Of a stretch of 64,000 bases of DNA, positions 1 through 8,735 are shown piece by piece; position 1 is the stretch's first letter; every line of letters begins with the position of its first letter. The notes below the pieces were generated by a model that searched no databases, was not told where the DNA came from, and worked only from the letters and a program-made list of their open reading frames with translations. The stretch is from Spirosoma sp. 48-14 (GTDB lineage Bacteria > Bacteroidota > Bacteroidia > Cytophagales > Spirosomataceae). A program made the translations under genes and the position numbers. The stretch spans positions 297,110 through 361,109 of the forward strand of contig NZ_MKUD01000010.1 in assembly GCF_001898575.1 (NCBI RefSeq). Direction: 5' to 3'.

Positions 1-383
1 CGAATACTGTCGGCATAATCCCGGAAGTAGCACTCCGACTGCCAGAACCCTTCCATGATAACACACCCGGCATGGGCCTGTAAAATGGCTGGGTCGAAAT
101 GAAACTGCTTCTCTTTCAAAAACAGAAAAAAGGGGCGTAACGTACGGTTGGGGAACAGCTTCGTCGACTTCGATACATATTCGACGGGCGATTCCTGGAG
201 GATCCGATAGGGAACAGAAAAGAAACCCAGCTTGAACGACCGCGACGTATCGTCCGGGTACTCATACAAATAGTAGCTCAGGTCGACGTAAAACGACGTT
301 TTGTTTCTCAGTGAAAGGCTACGAGCAGCCGCATACTGAAAAAGCTGATTACCAAGGCCACTAGTTACTCTACTGATAACCAT
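1..383 (-). CDS. alpha-1,2-fucosyltransferase, GT11 family (5' part; runs off the window edge)
   Basis: Manual translation from ATG at 383: MVISRVTSGLGNQLFQYAAARSL...GFWQSECYF. The GLGNQLFQYA and GxWQSExYF motifs are GT11 hallmarks. Confidence 0.88.
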   Translation of the reverse strand, partial: MVISRVTSGLGNQLFQYAAARSLSLRNKTSFYVDLSYYLYEYPDDTSRSFKLGFFSVPYRILQESPVEYVSKSTKLFPNRTLRPFFLFLKEKQFHFDPAILQAHAGCVIMEGFWQSECYFRDYADSI

Positions 384-438
384 TGTTTTGCGTGCATTTA
401 GTTAAACGAAGGAACGGTGGTTAAACTCACGCATGTCA

Positions 439-475
439 TCTCACTCCTCTCAAAAAAAGTAGGAGAGGGGTGAGA
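439..475. repeat. intergenic hairpin related to the AGGAG(T/C)G heptamer repeat family
   Basis: Arms tctcactcctctc (439-451) and gagaggggtgaga (463-475), 13 bp with one G-T wobble. Confidence 0.55.
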
Positions 476-503
476 AGTAATGTGTGGTATGATGCCTAAA
501 AAA

Positions 504-1460
504 TCAGTAATGCGTGCTCAAATGGGTCAATAGTTCCTCCCGGTCGCGGGCGTGCAAAATTGTTGCGCCCGATAACTTCGGAAATAGTGTTTTGTATTCC
601 TGAAAAGCATGCTCATGACCCCAGTTCGGGTTCGACAGAATGATGTTGGTTCCGCCAAAACAACTGGCTAATGCGGCTGTACCCCCATGCATCGAAATGA
701 AGTGGTTACAGTTGGCATAGATCATGAGTTGCAGATGATTGTAATTGTTCACGACCGACGGGTGGTGTCTGGCAAACAAATCATCCATCAGCAGTACACT
801 CGGGTGGTTTTCCCGCAGCCAGCTATGTTCGTTGAGCGACATCGTTTCACTATTGTCGCCAACGATCTGGGTTGGAAGCGGTCGGTTGTAAATGATCTGG
901 TATTTCGACCCGTAGGCCTTGATGATCCGGTCGAGGGTGGGAATGTCCAGGTAGTTGATGGGAGGCTGGTCCCACTCGATATTGTATTTATTGGCAATAA
1001 CCAGAATCGGTTTGTCGAACACAAAAACGTCGTTTCGGTAATGCGTTTTGTACGGTACCTGCACCCACTTCCGAAAGCTGTAGGTATAGCTGTGCGTCAT
1101 ATTCGGAACGTCGTAATGGGCGTACGATTCCGTCCAGATTCGTTTCGTAAATCGTTCTTCGTGATCCGGGCTGAAAAAGTAAAACTCCTTCGTATTGCTG
1201 GCAGAAATGGTTTTTTTCAGGGTTCCGTTCAGGTGATGCCAGTAAGCGAAAGGCAGCACATAGCGGATTTCCTGATCGAATTCACCCTGATAGCTGATGA
1301 CTTTGTATTTCTTTTTGAAGGCGTAATCCTGGATGGCATAACGGCCCTGAACCAGTTTGCAGTAGTAATTATCCCGTACAAAATACCGCAGGTCTTTTCG
1401 GAGCTTCGGGTATCGCAGCCAGGCAACTACATACAACGATTTTAAAATAAGCCGTTCCAT
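504..1460 (-). CDS. uncharacterised EPS-locus protein, probable GT-B fold (GT9-like) glycosyltransferase
   Basis: 318-aa ORF between the flippase and GT11. C-terminal FISMHGGTAALASCFGGTNIIL resembles the GT9 F(I/V)GxDSGxxHLAAAxG motif. Confidence 0.55.
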   Translation of the reverse strand: MERLILKSLYVVAWLRYPKLRKDLRYFVRDNYYCKLVQGRYAIQDYAFKKKYKVISYQGEFDQEIRYVLPFAYWHHLNGTLKKTISASNTKEFYFFSPDHEERFTKRIWTESYAHYDVPNMTHSYTYSFRKWVQVPYKTHYRNDVFVFDKPILVIANKYNIEWDQPPINYLDIPTLDRIIKAYGSKYQIIYNRPLPTQIVGDNSETMSLNEHSWLRENHPSVLLMDDLFARHHPSVVNNYNHLQLMIYANCNHFISMHGGTAALASCFGGTNIILSNPNWGHEHAFQEYKTLFPKLSGATILHARDREELLTHLSTHY

Positions 1461-1482
1461 AGGGTTAGTATCAGGTTTCGGT

Positions 1483-2919
1483 TTACGCAGCTTTTCCCAG
1501 CGTTTTTAAGTCGGCAAGTGGGAATCGATAGCGTAGGGTAAGGCCAATATAAATCAGAGCACCTATCCCAATCTGGACGATGGTATTAGGCACGCTTACT
1601 GAGTCAAAAAATGATTTGTAAAGCGCAATGGCGCCTACCATCAGCAGGCAGAAGCCAACAGGCTTTGCAATTCCCTGTGCAAATTCTTTTAAGAATGGAC
1701 CAATCAGCGAATGCACAATCCGGAAATTAAGCAGCATGTTGGCCAGTGTGGCCAGCATAAAGGCAACTGCAATCCCCACAACGCCCCAGTATTGTGCGAG
1801 CACATACACGAGCGGAATTTTGATAAACAATGTGGCCACGTTGAGCTGGAAGAGCAGTTTGGGTTTTCCTTTTGAAAAGGCGAGGGTAAATAGCGGATTG
1901 CTCAGGAACGTGAAAATGCTGACAAAGACAAAAATGCGAATCAGTAGAATTGTAGGTTCCCAGCCCGGTCCGTAAAACAATGGAACCACACTGTCGGCGG
2001 TAATAAACAGACCGGCAAGCAAAGGCAGGTTTACGTAGCTGAGCAGATCCAGAATGGTGAGGTACGATTTTTTCAACTCATCGGTGTCGCCTTTTAACCG
2101 GGCCAGAATTGGGTATGCCACCTGAAGTACAATTGGATTGAGTCGGGCAATCGGGAAAACCGCCAGTTGAGAGGCCAGGGTATAATACCCAAGTGGCTTC
2201 ACGCCCAGCAATCCACCTACCAGGATATTATCCGAATTGGCCTGAATAAATCCAACGATGCCATCGCCCACATTATAGAGTCCGAACCGTAGATGGTCTT
2301 TGATGAGGGCCAGATTAAAGGTAAGCGTGGGCTTGAAATACTTGCTTCCAAAAATCATCTGAAGCACCGATTTGGCCGTTTGTTGAGCTAGTTGACCGAA
2401 GATAAGCGCCAGTTCTGCAAACCCGTTGTAGGCCAGTAATATGGTTGTGCCGGTGCCTACGATCGTGCCCGTCATGTCGATGGTGGCAACGGCCTTAAAT
2501 CGTAACTCTTTCTGAAGCAGAAACAGGTAAATCTGCCCTACGTACACGATAATAAAGTACAGCGACGATAGCTTGATGACGGCTTCCAGACGAGGCTCTT
2601 TGTAGTAAGCGGCTACCAGCGGCCAGCTAAAAAAAACGACAATGCCAATGACCAGTCCCAGAATTAGGTTCAGCAGGTAAATGGTGGACAGAACCTGCTG
2701 ATCATCTTCCTGTTTGTAAATGATGGAATTGGAAAAGCCCAGATTGGCAAAAATGTTAAAAAACGCAATCAGGAGGGTGCTGACGCTGACAATACCAAAT
2801 ACCGATGGTTCCAATAGTCGCGCCAGCACGGCCACCTGTCCAAACTGAAACAGAGTCGACAGAGCCGTGGAGATGCTCATCCACTTACCACCACTGATAG
2901 CCTGCTGCTTATGACTCAT
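1483..2919 (-). CDS. wzx: Wzx (MOP superfamily, WzxC-like) polysaccharide flippase
   Basis: 478 aa, many hydrophobic helices, N-terminal 'LARLLEPSVFGIVS...GFSNSIIYKQ' and 'GVKPLGYYTLA' typical of WzxC-like flippases. Confidence 0.9.
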   Translation of the reverse strand: MSHKQQAISGGKWMSISTALSTLFQFGQVAVLARLLEPSVFGIVSVSTLLIAFFNIFANLGFSNSIIYKQEDDQQVLSTIYLLNLILGLVIGIVVFFSWPLVAAYYKEPRLEAVIKLSSLYFIIVYVGQIYLFLLQKELRFKAVATIDMTGTIVGTGTTILLAYNGFAELALIFGQLAQQTAKSVLQMIFGSKYFKPTLTFNLALIKDHLRFGLYNVGDGIVGFIQANSDNILVGGLLGVKPLGYYTLASQLAVFPIARLNPIVLQVAYPILARLKGDTDELKKSYLTILDLLSYVNLPLLAGLFITADSVVPLFYGPGWEPTILLIRIFVFVSIFTFLSNPLFTLAFSKGKPKLLFQLNVATLFIKIPLVYVLAQYWGVVGIAVAFMLATLANMLLNFRIVHSLIGPFLKEFAQGIAKPVGFCLLMVGAIALYKSFFDSVSVPNTIVQIGIGALIYIGLTLRYRFPLADLKTLGKAA

Positions 2920-2924
2920 GTTGA

Positions 2925-5141
2925 CTATTGGTTAAGGAGCTTTGGGTTTTTAGAAGACGGTCCTGGAATTCCAGGACCGTTTTGCGTACGCGGTAACCCT
3001 TGTTTGATGTCGTTGAGACTTGGGGCATCCAGATTACTTTCCTCTACTTTATTCAGGGCTACCAGTACGGGTTGCCGGGCTGCTTTGAGGTAGAGTGCAA
3101 ATAGTTGCTTATCCCGACGGCCCCAAAGCGTATGGAGCGTTAGGATCATCAGCGAAACGGCACTTTTTCCGACCAGATGCAGGGGGATCGAACTACTAAC
3201 CAGTGGAGGTAGTTCCAGAATGATCTTATCGAAGCGGGTAACAATCATGGCATCATCGCCCGTCAGCAGATCTTCGGGCTCGCGGATGTTCATGAAGTTG
3301 GGGTGAAGTTCGTAGGGAAAGAAATGGATGCCTTCCTGTTCGAACTTCTGGTCTGTATTGGCCAATTGCGGATAATAGTAAGCAACCTGCTCACCCGATT
3401 CCGCATAGATACGGGCTAGCCCGTGGGCAAACCAGGTTTTCCCCTGCTTGCTGCGTGTGCTGAACAGGGTGATTATGGGTGGATACGATGGGTTGCTTCG
3501 CTGCTCAATGGTGATGTTGATGGCATTGGCCAGTTGTTCAAACATACTGGTAGCCGCCCGGCTTGCCTTTGAGTTGACCGCGAATTTTTTGACAGTTGGA
3601 AACAGGGCGATAATGGGACTGCCAAGGCGTTGTTCGGCCTGCGATAGTGAGTTGATCCGTTTATCGGCCCAGGCACGGAAAGCTGCCAACAGTAAGGCAA
3701 TGACCAGGCCCGCCCCAGCAGCAATAGCCATAAAGAGGAGCTTCTTGGGAGCCTGCGGAGTCATCGGGAAAACAGGTGGATCGAGTACCGATAAAGCCCC
3801 TTTCAGCGAAATGTCCTGGTTATGGGTTTGCGCTTCGTTCAGCGATTGAACCAGAGCAAGGTATTCTTTTTCCGCTACATCCAGATCTCGGGTTAGTTGC
3901 CGTTGTTCCGATTCCAGGGGGGGGTATGCCGACGATTCGGCCTGGTATTCATCCAGTCGTTTTTTAACGATATCCATCCGCGCAGACGCTCCTTCGTATT
4001 CCAGCACCTTGTCCAGCCATTCGTTCACCAGCTTTAGTTTAGGAACGGATTCGGTTGTATTATCAGCGGCAAAATAGTTCTGGGCAATCTGTTTCAATTC
4101 ATTCGAAAGCTGGTTGATTTTAGCCTGATGCGCGTCCAGTACGGATTGGGGCTGCCCATTGGTACGGGCGTTGATCAACTGCGATTCGGCGGCTGTTAGT
4201 TCGGCCTGTTTATCGGTCAGTTGGGTGTTTATCTTTAACAGATTACCTCCGCCCGACATCCGTTGGTTGATGGCGTCCATAGCAGCTTTGGCTGCTTTGG
4301 TCCCCATGACCTCTTTATTGTATTCATCGACCAGCGCTTCTCTAGTTGTGGAGCGAGTCTTTATTTCGTCTTCAAAATTGAGGACGTTATGGGCAACATT
4401 GAACGCTCTTAGCTTGGATTCGGCCTGATCAAGCTTTTGCTTAGCGGCTTTAACATTCGATTCATAGTAGCTCAATACAGGTGCTGTTTCGCCCCGTTTC
4501 AAGCTGGTGTATCGTTCGTTTAGTTCCGTTACGGCCATATCGAGGGTTTGCTGAGCAATGGCCGGATCATCGGCTTCGTACTCCATATCCAGCATGTCAC
4601 TGGCGGCCCGCCGGGATGCTTTGAGCTTTTTGCCAATGGTTTCGGCCGAGTAATCATTTCCTGATTTGGCGAGCAACGCTCGAACAGGGTTATCAGTTGA
4701 ACTCTGTGCGAGTCGGTCAAGCTGATTACGGGTTGAGTCCAGGTTCCCCGTTTTGGTCAGCGATTGGCGTAAACTGGCTGGGATCGTCTGCTGTAACTTC
4801 TGAAAGCTGGCTGCCGAAAGCTGGCGTTCTGTGGGTTTGGTAAGGTATAGGTGGTGAGTTAGCAGCCGAAGGCCAACCTGATACAGGGTCTGATTCGAAT
4901 TAAGCGTCGTTAGTACGTTGTCGAACGCATTGCTAATGCCTGAGTAATCGACCTGAAAACCTTCCCGCGCTGAATTCAATCGGTAGCCCGACGTAAATCC
5001 TGTATATAGCGTTGCCTTGGTTTTGTACGTTTTGACCTCATTCCGCATGAAGTAGTAAACGGCACCGGCTCCCAGGCAGGGAAATACAATAAACCAAATG
5101 AGATGCTGCTTCAAAAGCCGCCCAAGTTCCTGGAAAGTCAT
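2925..5141 (-). CDS. Wzc/GumC-like polysaccharide co-polymerase with a degenerate C-terminal BY-kinase-like domain
   Basis: N-terminal TM, long coiled-coil periplasmic region, second TM (LLFMAIAAGAGLVIALLL), P-loop-like STRSKQGKT, ELPP in place of Walker B DTPP. Confidence 0.85.
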   Translation of the reverse strand: MTFQELGRLLKQHLIWFIVFPCLGAGAVYYFMRNEVKTYKTKATLYTGFTSGYRLNSAREGFQVDYSGISNAFDNVLTTLNSNQTLYQVGLRLLTHHLYLTKPTERQLSAASFQKLQQTIPASLRQSLTKTGNLDSTRNQLDRLAQSSTDNPVRALLAKSGNDYSAETIGKKLKASRRAASDMLDMEYEADDPAIAQQTLDMAVTELNERYTSLKRGETAPVLSYYESNVKAAKQKLDQAESKLRAFNVAHNVLNFEDEIKTRSTTREALVDEYNKEVMGTKAAKAAMDAINQRMSGGGNLLKINTQLTDKQAELTAAESQLINARTNGQPQSVLDAHQAKINQLSNELKQIAQNYFAADNTTESVPKLKLVNEWLDKVLEYEGASARMDIVKKRLDEYQAESSAYPPLESEQRQLTRDLDVAEKEYLALVQSLNEAQTHNQDISLKGALSVLDPPVFPMTPQAPKKLLFMAIAAGAGLVIALLLAAFRAWADKRINSLSQAEQRLGSPIIALFPTVKKFAVNSKASRAATSMFEQLANAINITIEQRSNPSYPPIITLFSTRSKQGKTWFAHGLARIYAESGEQVAYYYPQLANTDQKFEQEGIHFFPYELHPNFMNIREPEDLLTGDDAMIVTRFDKIILELPPLVSSSIPLHLVGKSAVSLMILTLHTLWGRRDKQLFALYLKAARQPVLVALNKVEESNLDAPSLNDIKQGLPRTQNGPGIPGPSSKNPKLLNQ

Positions 5142-5144
5142 ATC

Positions 5145-5972
5145 TTACACACGTTTCAGTTGACGAATGGGCACTCCAACGAACAGTTCAAGTGCATAAA
5201 TAGCTTTGATGAACGAGGTCTTGGCCTGTTCGACCGTCGCTCGGGTTTCGGCATATCGGTTGCTGTTGAACGCGTGCGCTTCAGGTGCAATTTTTCCTTT
5301 CTGAAGCTCCACTTCGGCAATCCGGTAAGCCGCCAGCGATGCCTGATCGTCTCGCAGGCGAATCTGTAAAATCTTTTGTGCGAGGAGCAGATCCTGGTAG
5401 AGGTTAAACAGGTCGCGTCGTAACTGAATTTCGGCGAGCCGCTTTCGTTCGATCGTAGCGTCGTAGTTGGCTTTAGCTAATCGAATCTGCTGAGGGCGGC
5501 CGAAAAGCTCATGAATACTGAAGGCCACATTGACCCCGTACCGATAGCCATTCGAAATCTGCGCCAGTTGATCGTTTGCATTGGTGCCAGTCGAAAGGAT
5601 AGCCTGATTCCCTGATGAATAGTTGGCATACCCCGTCAGATTTTGTAGAATCTGTACTTTTGATAAATTGTAGGATGCCTGCGTTCCAGCTGCAACCGCG
5701 GCTTCAAATTTGATGGTGGGAGAATAGGCCAGCGCTAGCTTGAACATATCCTCAAATGGGATAAGCTGAACTGAAATGTCCTGGTTGAAATCGAAAGTCA
5801 GACTGTCGGCTGTAACCGCAGCTGATGGAGTAGGGGCGGGTTGTGTTCCTGAGGGCGTGGCTGCTGGATTCCCCTGACCATACCCGGCAGTATGTACAAG
5901 CACCCCCAAAATCACCGTACTGGCAAGGGAGAAGAGAGGCTGCTTTAATTGATATAATGTGCTTAATCTCAT
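5145..5972 (-). CDS. short TolC/OEP-family outer-membrane protein (single repeat)
   Basis: Signal peptide, then helical pattern 'LFKLALAYSP...LFNLYQDLLLAQKIL...ELQKGKI...LELFVG' typical of OEP proteins. Only 275 aa. Confidence 0.75.
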   Translation of the reverse strand: MRLSTLYQLKQPLFSLASTVILGVLVHTAGYGQGNPAATPSGTQPAPTPSAAVTADSLTFDFNQDISVQLIPFEDMFKLALAYSPTIKFEAAVAAGTQASYNLSKVQILQNLTGYANYSSGNQAILSTGTNANDQLAQISNGYRYGVNVAFSIHELFGRPQQIRLAKANYDATIERKRLAEIQLRRDLFNLYQDLLLAQKILQIRLRDDQASLAAYRIAEVELQKGKIAPEAHAFNSNRYAETRATVEQAKTSFIKAIYALELFVGVPIRQLKRV

Positions 5973-6018
5973 GCTGTTGACGAATCCTTGAAAATCTGTG
6001 GATAAAGTTGTTGGGTTA

Positions 6019-7218
6019 TCATGCCGGTTGTTCCTGTCGCCAGGCTTTGGGCATCTGACGGATCACCCCTTCAAATTCTCGCGCCCGCTCTGGCCAGGCG
6101 TTACGCTGAGCCATGGCTACCCGTTGCTGTACGCGTAAAGGATTGGTATCGGCCAGGGCATGTCGAATGGCCTGAGCAAACTGTTCGGGCGTTTCGGCTA
6201 GTTCGATTACCCCATCGAAATCGTCCAGAATTGAGAAGGGTGTCGACACAACCGACAAACCAGCTGCCAGGTATTCGTTGATTTTCAGCGGGTAAATGGT
6301 ATACGTGTGTCGATTGCAAACGAACGGGATGATGCCAACACTAAGCCGGGCCAGTAAAGGTGGCAGATCGACAGGTTGATGAGGGGGAATAAACGTTACG
6401 TTTGGGTAGTGCCCCAGTCGTTGGATTAACAGAGGCTCGTGTACTTCACCGATAAACTGAAAATCAATATCCGGCATGGTACGGGCGCAATAGTCCATGA
6501 TGTCGATATTGACCCGGTTATCAGCTGAACCCAGGTAGCCTACAACTGGCTTTTCGGGTGGTTGCTGCTGAGCCAGTAGCCTGGCCTGGTTGAACAGGTC
6601 GAAATTGGCACCGTTCTTTACACAAAACGTTTGTGGCTGAAGCGTCGACTTATCCTGACGCAGGGTCTCGGATGTAGTCACTACGGCATCCACCCGCCGG
6701 ATATAGGCCTCCTCATAGCGGGTGCCGTGCTTGCTCATCCACTCACCAGCCACCGAAATTTCATCAAAACAGTAATATAACGTAGCGCATTCATTGAGCT
6801 TTCCCAGCATCGGCAATCCAATAACCGGGTTATAGGCATTGATCACCAGTGGTCGATGCATGCCCAGTTTTTTCAGTACTGTTCGAAGCTGCCCCACCAG
6901 TCGATTGATATTCCATTGCAGGACCCGATCGTGGGCGCTATTATCCATCCAGTTGATTGGAAGGATGATTGGGGGCGACCAAACGTACAAATCTTCGCCA
7001 CCCTGATTATCAATTTTGTTCAGTGGGTTGCCAAACAACAGCTCCTTCGTCGATACTTCCTTACGACCCGTGACCACATCTTTAATCGTATACAGGTAGT
7101 CGACAAACAGCACCCGATGCCGGGCCGACAACTCCGTCATGAGCTGGACTACGGCCTTCTGAAAATCGCCTTTCCAGGAGGTTTGCGAAATACAGACAAT
7201 GCTATCAAACTGTTTCAT
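6019..7218 (-). CDS. glycosyltransferase, GT4-like (GT-B)
   Basis: YYCFDE, KNGANFDLF, VVGYLGS and PLKINEYLAAGLSVVST motifs. Confidence 0.88.
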   Translation of the reverse strand: MKQFDSIVCISQTSWKGDFQKAVVQLMTELSARHRVLFVDYLYTIKDVVTGRKEVSTKELLFGNPLNKIDNQGGEDLYVWSPPIILPINWMDNSAHDRVLQWNINRLVGQLRTVLKKLGMHRPLVINAYNPVIGLPMLGKLNECATLYYCFDEISVAGEWMSKHGTRYEEAYIRRVDAVVTTSETLRQDKSTLQPQTFCVKNGANFDLFNQARLLAQQQPPEKPVVGYLGSADNRVNIDIMDYCARTMPDIDFQFIGEVHEPLLIQRLGHYPNVTFIPPHQPVDLPPLLARLSVGIIPFVCNRHTYTIYPLKINEYLAAGLSVVSTPFSILDDFDGVIELAETPEQFAQAIRHALADTNPLRVQQRVAMAQRNAWPERAREFEGVIRQMPKAWRQEQPA

Positions 7219-8710
7219 AGGTGTCGGGCGTGGGGTTTGAATACAGTGTTGAATCGGGGTTAGGACTTGACTCGGAAGCCGGTGTATCCCATCGATAGCA
7301 GGTTGTAAACAGGATCGTCGTCATAAAAATCATGGTGTCGGTCGGGAACTGCCCCATTACAGGATTGGAGTATCCCATTACCGCAATGCCGACAAACTCC
7401 GCCAGGAAAGCATACATTACTTTCACCAGCCAGGGGTCTTTTAGTTGCCAGACTTGATAGACACCGATAAGCACTAAGCCAACAACCATCATCAGGTAGA
7501 TAGTAAGTCCAACCCGGCCGGTTTCGATCCAGAGTTCGACATACCAGCTATCTGGTGGTGTTTGGGCCGCCCAGTGCCAGGGAGAAAACCGTGCCCCCAT
7601 GTCGGTCGATGTGCCAATTCCAGCACCAAATGGATACTCGGCCAGGTATCGTTTGAGCTTTTCCTGATTTTGCAGACGAAGAATAAACGAAGGGTCGTTC
7701 ATGGGTGTCAGCGCGGAACGCATCCGTTGCACCTGATAATTCGAACTGCCAACACTAGTATAGAGCAGAAGCAGCACCAGAGGCACCGCCAGCGTGGCTC
7801 CAATAATCAGCTTGGGAAAATCTCGTTTGAGTAGCAGATAAAATGGAAACCCGGCCAGCATGACGAACAGTGCACTGCGTGTACCCGATACAGCATAGCC
7901 CCAGAAGTAGGTGAGCGCCAACGCCAAACATATCAGTTTGGGTATCAGCTTCTTCTCTTCGAAACTGTAGATCACCGCTACCAGTGTTGCTCCGGCCATT
8001 TCGCCCCCAAACTGAGCAGCATCGGAATAGAACGAAAAGCTACGAAGCTGTCCGAACAATACGTGAGTTAAGGCATTGTTCCCCTGACTAAGCCAGTTTT
8101 GCTCGGCTGGTTCCAGACCAAGATACTGTTGTTTAAAGCCCCAAAAGGCTGCCAGAAACGACCATCCTAGCCACGAATACACCAGAATTTTGATGTCGCG
8201 GATGGTAATGGGCAAAACCAGTACGGCCAGACCTGCCATGAACCAGTGCATCGAAAAAGGCCGGACATGAAAAAACCAGGCCGGACGGTACGGGGCTTCA
8301 GGATTGAGTAATTCAATGAGGGTGTAGGTAAACCAGATGGCAATTAGCGCGAATGTAGGGCTGCGTAAGCGGTGCCAGTCCATTCGCTGGCCGTTTATGA
8401 ATAAACTTAAGAGTGTCAGGGCCAGTACCCCGTCAATTAATAATCCAATAGGAATAGAAACATTAATGAACCGTGACCAGCCAATGAGAAAACTAAGTTG
8501 TAAATACAGAAATAGGCCGAATTTGGGCTCTTTGAACACCATAACAACCGTTAACAAGGCGATTGGTGCAATCAAGGCCATCACTCCGCCAACTGGGCCC
8601 ATCTTACTGATCAGATACCCCACACCAACCGTATATAGCCCGCCCAGGAGGCTATAAAGCCATACTTGGCCAGATGTAGGACTGTTCAGTGAAAATACCG
8701 ACTGCGCCAT
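7205..8710 (-). CDS. Wzy polymerase / O-antigen-ligase-like membrane protein
   Basis: About 11-12 hydrophobic helices, RSFSFYSDA, SGTRSA, PFGAGIG and DSWYVELWIETG motifs; located in the EPS operon. Confidence 0.85.
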   Translation of the reverse strand: MAQSVFSLNSPTSGQVWLYSLLGGLYTVGVGYLISKMGPVGGVMALIAPIALLTVVMVFKEPKFGLFLYLQLSFLIGWSRFINVSIPIGLLIDGVLALTLLSLFINGQRMDWHRLRSPTFALIAIWFTYTLIELLNPEAPYRPAWFFHVRPFSMHWFMAGLAVLVLPITIRDIKILVYSWLGWSFLAAFWGFKQQYLGLEPAEQNWLSQGNNALTHVLFGQLRSFSFYSDAAQFGGEMAGATLVAVIYSFEEKKLIPKLICLALALTYFWGYAVSGTRSALFVMLAGFPFYLLLKRDFPKLIIGATLAVPLVLLLLYTSVGSSNYQVQRMRSALTPMNDPSFILRLQNQEKLKRYLAEYPFGAGIGTSTDMGARFSPWHWAAQTPPDSWYVELWIETGRVGLTIYLMMVVGLVLIGVYQVWQLKDPWLVKVMYAFLAEFVGIAVMGYSNPVMGQFPTDTMIFMTTILFTTCYRWDTPASESSPNPDSTLYSNPTPDTYETV

Positions 8711-8735
8711 AATGAGTGAGTAACTACCAGATCAA

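Noticed and set aside
687-1445. Long antisense/shadow ORFs in the track (also e.g. 17895-18449, 27690-28184, 41252-42067, 44183-44710, 58544-59098, 60462-61031)
   Set aside because: They overlap well-supported genes on the other strand or frame, show no family motifs, and are expected at this GC content.
3917-3924. C8 tract in the wzc-like gene as a phase-variation switch
   Set aside because: It is explained by Tyr-Pro-Pro-Leu codons; 8 nt is borderline, and similar G7/G8 runs occur at 36673 and 42293. Read-level length variation would be needed.
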